64,000 nucleotides of DNA from NCBI GenBank assembly GCA_947478395.1, contig CANJVR010000001.1, forward strand, positions 544,001 through 608,000, written 5' to 3'. Within the stretch, counting starts at the first letter, position 1; each line of letters begins with the position of its first letter. This document shows, piece after piece, positions 60,915 to 64,000 of this stretch. A program made the translations under genes and the position numbers. This DNA is from Opitutia bacterium (GTDB lineage Bacteria > Verrucomicrobiota > Verrucomicrobiia > Opitutales > Opitutaceae). The notes under the pieces are model-generated. The model was not told the origin of the DNA and made no database searches. It worked only from the letters and a program-made list of their open reading frames with translations.

Positions 60915-63638
60915 TCAAGGCGTGAGCAGCCGGACGGGCCCGAGCAGTCCGAGGGCCGCGAGCGCCACGACCGGAGCCGTCGGCGGACCACCGGCCGGAC
61001 CTGCACCGGCGGCACCGCCACCACGACCACCCGGCATCGGCTCGCTCGCCAACCCGCCGGGTACGCCCGTCGCGAGGACCGCACGCGGTGCGCCCGCCGC
61101 CGTAACACCCGGGCGCTGACCACGACCCGCGCCACCGCCAAAGCCAGTGCCGGCCGCGACCGGCGGCTGGACTTGAACCTCGAGCGTGTTCTCGCCGCTT
61201 TTTAAAGCGCCGGTCACATCCCACAAATAAGGAGCCCAACCCCGCGCGGAAAATTCAGTGCCGTTGACGCGGATGCGCGCGATATCGTGCACGTTGCCAA
61301 GATCGAGATAAGTGCGTTGGGCCGCCGACACCGTCGCGGCCAACGTGAACGTTTTCCGGTATTCCGCCGTGCCGGTGAACGGTTGGGGGCTAAGCGCGCT
61401 CCACGGCTTGAGCACCGACGTCGCTTGTTTTTCACCGAGGGCGATCGACCATTCTCCGCTCAGTTCGGCGACGGTCCGAGCGACCGCGGCGTTCAGTGCG
61501 GGTTGAGCCGCGGCCGCCGGGAGCGGTCCGATGACGACGAAACGCGATTCCTGCGGCGCAAACGTGAGCGACACCGCCACGCTGCCTTTCGCCGGCACCG
61601 CACCTGCCAGCGCTTGAATGCTGCCGCTCGTTGCATCCCAAACTTGGACCTGTCCAGTGCCGTCAAGCGTCACCGTACGCGATTGAGTCTGATTGGATTC
61701 GTTGAAGAAAAAATACACGTCGCCGTCCTTCAGCGTCCGGTGAATGTACTTCAACGGCGCGCAGGCCGCGTCGAGCTTCACGTCGGCCTTGGGCAACGCG
61801 GCGAGGACCCGCTCGGTCACGTCAGGCTGCGGTTCAAGCGTCGCGAAACTCAGATCGGGCGGCGTCGCCGTCGCTTGCAGGAAACTGTTTTCGCGGACCA
61901 TCGTGGGCGGGCGGCCGACGAACACCACCTTGCCACCGGCGCCAGCGAACGCGCGCAGGCGATCCAGCATTTTCTTACTGATCACGGTGGACGTGGGCAC
62001 GATCACCGCGCGGTAAATTTGGCCGCTCAGATTTTTGAACGTGCCGCCTTCGAGCGTACACACCGTCGAGAGCGAGTCCTCATCAATGGCGTCGAAATCG
62101 ATTTGATGCTCCATCAGCTGCGTCGTGAGTTTCACGTTTACCGCGTCGGCCGCCTGATCGCCGAGCCACAGGCTATCGGTCGGATGAAACAACGCGACCT
62201 GGGCCGCCGGGCGCCCCATAGTCAGAAGATAACTGGCCCGACTGACATAGTTGCCGGTAGCGGCGGCGGCATTCAGCAACGGAGTTGAATCGATCGGCGC
62301 TGGATTGTTTAGACCGCGAATGTTGAGCGAGTTAATCCCGCGCACGAACTGGTAGTCGGCCACGAATTTTCCCGTCTGCCCCAAACCACCGCCGGCCTCG
62401 GTCCAGACCATCGGCCGACCGAACACGTGGGCGGCCGCGGCGGCGAGCTTCGGAAAATCCGCGACGATGCCGGGACCGATTTGGCTGAGATTGTCCACGC
62501 CGGGCACGCCGACGAAGCGCATCGCCCGGAAGAACGAGCCTTCGTTGCGAATGAGATCTTCGCCGCGCGCGAGATCGAGCATGAGTTCCTCGTGGTTGAG
62601 ATGGACCATGTATTCCATACCGCGTGCCTTGCACCAGTCCTGTTGCGGCTTGAAGAAATTATCGCGGAAGAGCGCGCTCCACACGTCCCAATAATCGGCT
62701 TTGGCGCGCGTCGCTTCGGGCGAAAGCTCGGTGCCGAAAAATTCCGCGATGTACGGCGCGAGATCGTAGCCTTTTTCCTTTTTGAAAATTTCCAGGAGCT
62801 GGGGCGTCCACGGCATGAAGCCGGTGTAATCCGGCTCGTCCCCGCGAAAGCCCAGAATGGTTTTCCCGAATTCGTCGCCGACGAGTTTCTCGTAGGTCTC
62901 AAAAATAACCTTCAGGTAAACGCGCGTGGCGGCGGGATCGAGATAGTCGAACACGGAGTAAAGGCTGTCTTTGTCCGCCGTGCCATCCTCGCGATTCGTA
63001 TAGCGCGTGGGGGAGCTGCGGTAGACGTGACGCACAAACACCACCTCGCTCAGGCCGGGATTCGGCGCGGTGAATTGAAAGAGTCCGCTCGCGGGAATCG
63101 GCAGCGCTTTGCTCGTCCGCGTGCTACGATTGTACGCTAGGACACCGAGCGTATCGGGCGGCACGGGAATTTTCAGTGTCTGGCCGGCGGCGACGGAATA
63201 GCGCCCATCGGCGACGATGCCCTGCATGCCGAGTTCGGGATAATCGCGGCTGATCGCACCGCCCGCGAAACCATCGGGATAGCCAGCCTCGTCCTCGATC
63301 CACATTTTTAGTCCGCGCTTCTTGCATTCCTCGACCGCGAATTTGACCAAGGCGAGATATTCGGGCGTGAAATACTTCGGCTGCAGACCGCGCGAGTTGT
63401 TGATCATATAAGCGCCGCCACCGCTGGCGACGATGCGGTCGAGATCAGCGACGATGCGTTCCTTGCTCTGCGGCCCGCCCCAGATCGACCAGTGAATTGC
63501 GCGGTACTCGTTCGGCGGTTGAGGAAAGGCAACGGCGGCCTCGGCCACCGTCGGCATCATAATTTCCTGCCACGGCTGGGCGGCCTTCAGGATAAACGGT
63601 AGGGCCAACAATGACGCTAATCGGGTCAACATTTTCAT
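60915..63638 (-). CDS. Glycoside hydrolase, GH106 alpha-L-rhamnosidase-like
   Basis: FPQPPNEYR, WIEDEAGYPDGFAGG, FRGDEP, FVRGIN, C-terminal LDLGNVHDIARIRVNG...W.PY beta-sandwich. Confidence 0.7.
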   Translation of the reverse strand: MKMLTRLASLLALPFILKAAQPWQEIMMPTVAEAAVAFPQPPNEYRAIHWSIWGGPQSKERIVADLDRIVASGGGAYMINNSRGLQPKYFTPEYLALVKFAVEECKKRGLKMWIEDEAGYPDGFAGGAISRDYPELGMQGIVADGRYSVAAGQTLKIPVPPDTLGVLAYNRSTRTSKALPIPASGLFQFTAPNPGLSEVVFVRHVYRSSPTRYTNREDGTADKDSLYSVFDYLDPAATRVYLKVIFETYEKLVGDEFGKTILGFRGDEPDYTGFMPWTPQLLEIFKKEKGYDLAPYIAEFFGTELSPEATRAKADYWDVWSALFRDNFFKPQQDWCKARGMEYMVHLNHEELMLDLARGEDLIRNEGSFFRAMRFVGVPGVDNLSQIGPGIVADFPKLAAAAAHVFGRPMVWTEAGGGLGQTGKFVADYQFVRGINSLNIRGLNNPAPIDSTPLLNAAAATGNYVSRASYLLTMGRPAAQVALFHPTDSLWLGDQAADAVNVKLTTQLMEHQIDFDAIDEDSLSTVCTLEGGTFKNLSGQIYRAVIVPTSTVISKKMLDRLRAFAGAGGKVVFVGRPPTMVRENSFLQATATPPDLSFATLEPQPDVTERVLAALPKADVKLDAACAPLKYIHRTLKDGDVYFFFNESNQTQSRTVTLDGTGQVQVWDATSGSIQALAGAVPAKGSVAVSLTFAPQESRFVVIGPLPAAAAQPALNAAVARTVAELSGEWSIALGEKQATSVLKPWSALSPQPFTGTAEYRKTFTLAATVSAAQRTYLDLGNVHDIARIRVNGTEFSARGWAPYLWDVTGALKSGENTLEVQVQPPVAAGTGFGGGAGRGQRPGVTAAGAPRAVLATGVPGGLASEPMPGGRGGGAAGAGPAGGPPTAPVVALAALGLLGPVRLLTP

Positions 63639-63761
63639 AGGAATATCTCCAAAGCCTGGGGTGGACACGCCCGCCAGACGAAGAAGGCGGTCGCTTGTTG
63701 CTGAAAAAGCCTCCCCTAGCGTGCCGCAACCGTTTCCTGCCAGCGAAGCATCTAATGAAAG

Positions 63762-63835
63762 TGGAGCGGCTAGTCAGAATCGAACTGACGAGACCACTTT
63801 GGAAGAGTGGAGTTTTACCACTAAACTATAGCCGC
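63762..63835 (-). tRNA. tRNA-Gly (anticodon TCC)
   Basis: Minus strand GCGGCTATAGTTTAGTGGTAAAACTCCACTCTTCCAAAGTGGTCTCGTCAGTTCGATTCTGACTAGCCGCTCCA; all stems pair; encoded CCA. Confidence 0.93.
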
Positions 63836-64000
63836 GAACTCAACCCCAGCGTCGACGGGCGCAGGCACGTGGTCAAGCGGGGATCTAGGTTTCAGGTTTG
63901 GAAACGGGGGTTTTGAGTCCGGGGTACGTCGGTGCCGAACGGCAGCGATCACGACGCTGCAGACCAAGCCCTGCGTGCCAATACCTAGGGAAGACTCTGC

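Noticed and set aside
63700..63835. tRNA-Gly as an integration site of a genomic island covering the accessory region
   Set aside because: No integrase and no duplicated tRNA 3' end (att) was spotted in the window; not excluded for an old island.

Overview
GC-rich bacterial DNA, probably Verrucomicrobiota (Opitutaceae-like). This is an inference from the short type IV pilin, the TonB-receptor style, the DUF1592/DUF1552 pairs and the C-rich, SD-less starts. 1-10.6 kb is semi-core: two paralogous GT-C-like membrane proteins downstream of a type IV pilin (the first is missing from the ORF track), rsfS, nadD, tRNA-Leu(TAA), a divergent membrane pyrophosphatase, an HNH protein and a DeaD helicase. 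10.7-21 kb holds a four-gene secreted operon (YHYH-YbhB fusion, atypical sulfatase, metallophosphoesterase, unknown protein) divergent from a CusRS/CzcRS-like two-component system, then HupE/UreJ and a PKD protein. 21-63.7 kb is a large accessory glycan-degradation region: GH28, 2x CE12-like SGNH, GH29, GH2, 2x sialate O-acetylesterase, GH106-like, a Tat-signal dehydratase, DgoK, several esterases and a TonB receptor with an EF-hand motif. It also has two separate DUF1592 (c-type heme) + DUF1552 + alpha/beta-hydrolase triads and ends at tRNA-Gly(TCC). Intergenic spaces carry several palindromic repeat families, including a MITE-like shell seen with and without an internal GTAG-REP doublet. No integrase, transposase, CRISPR array or rRNA was seen.
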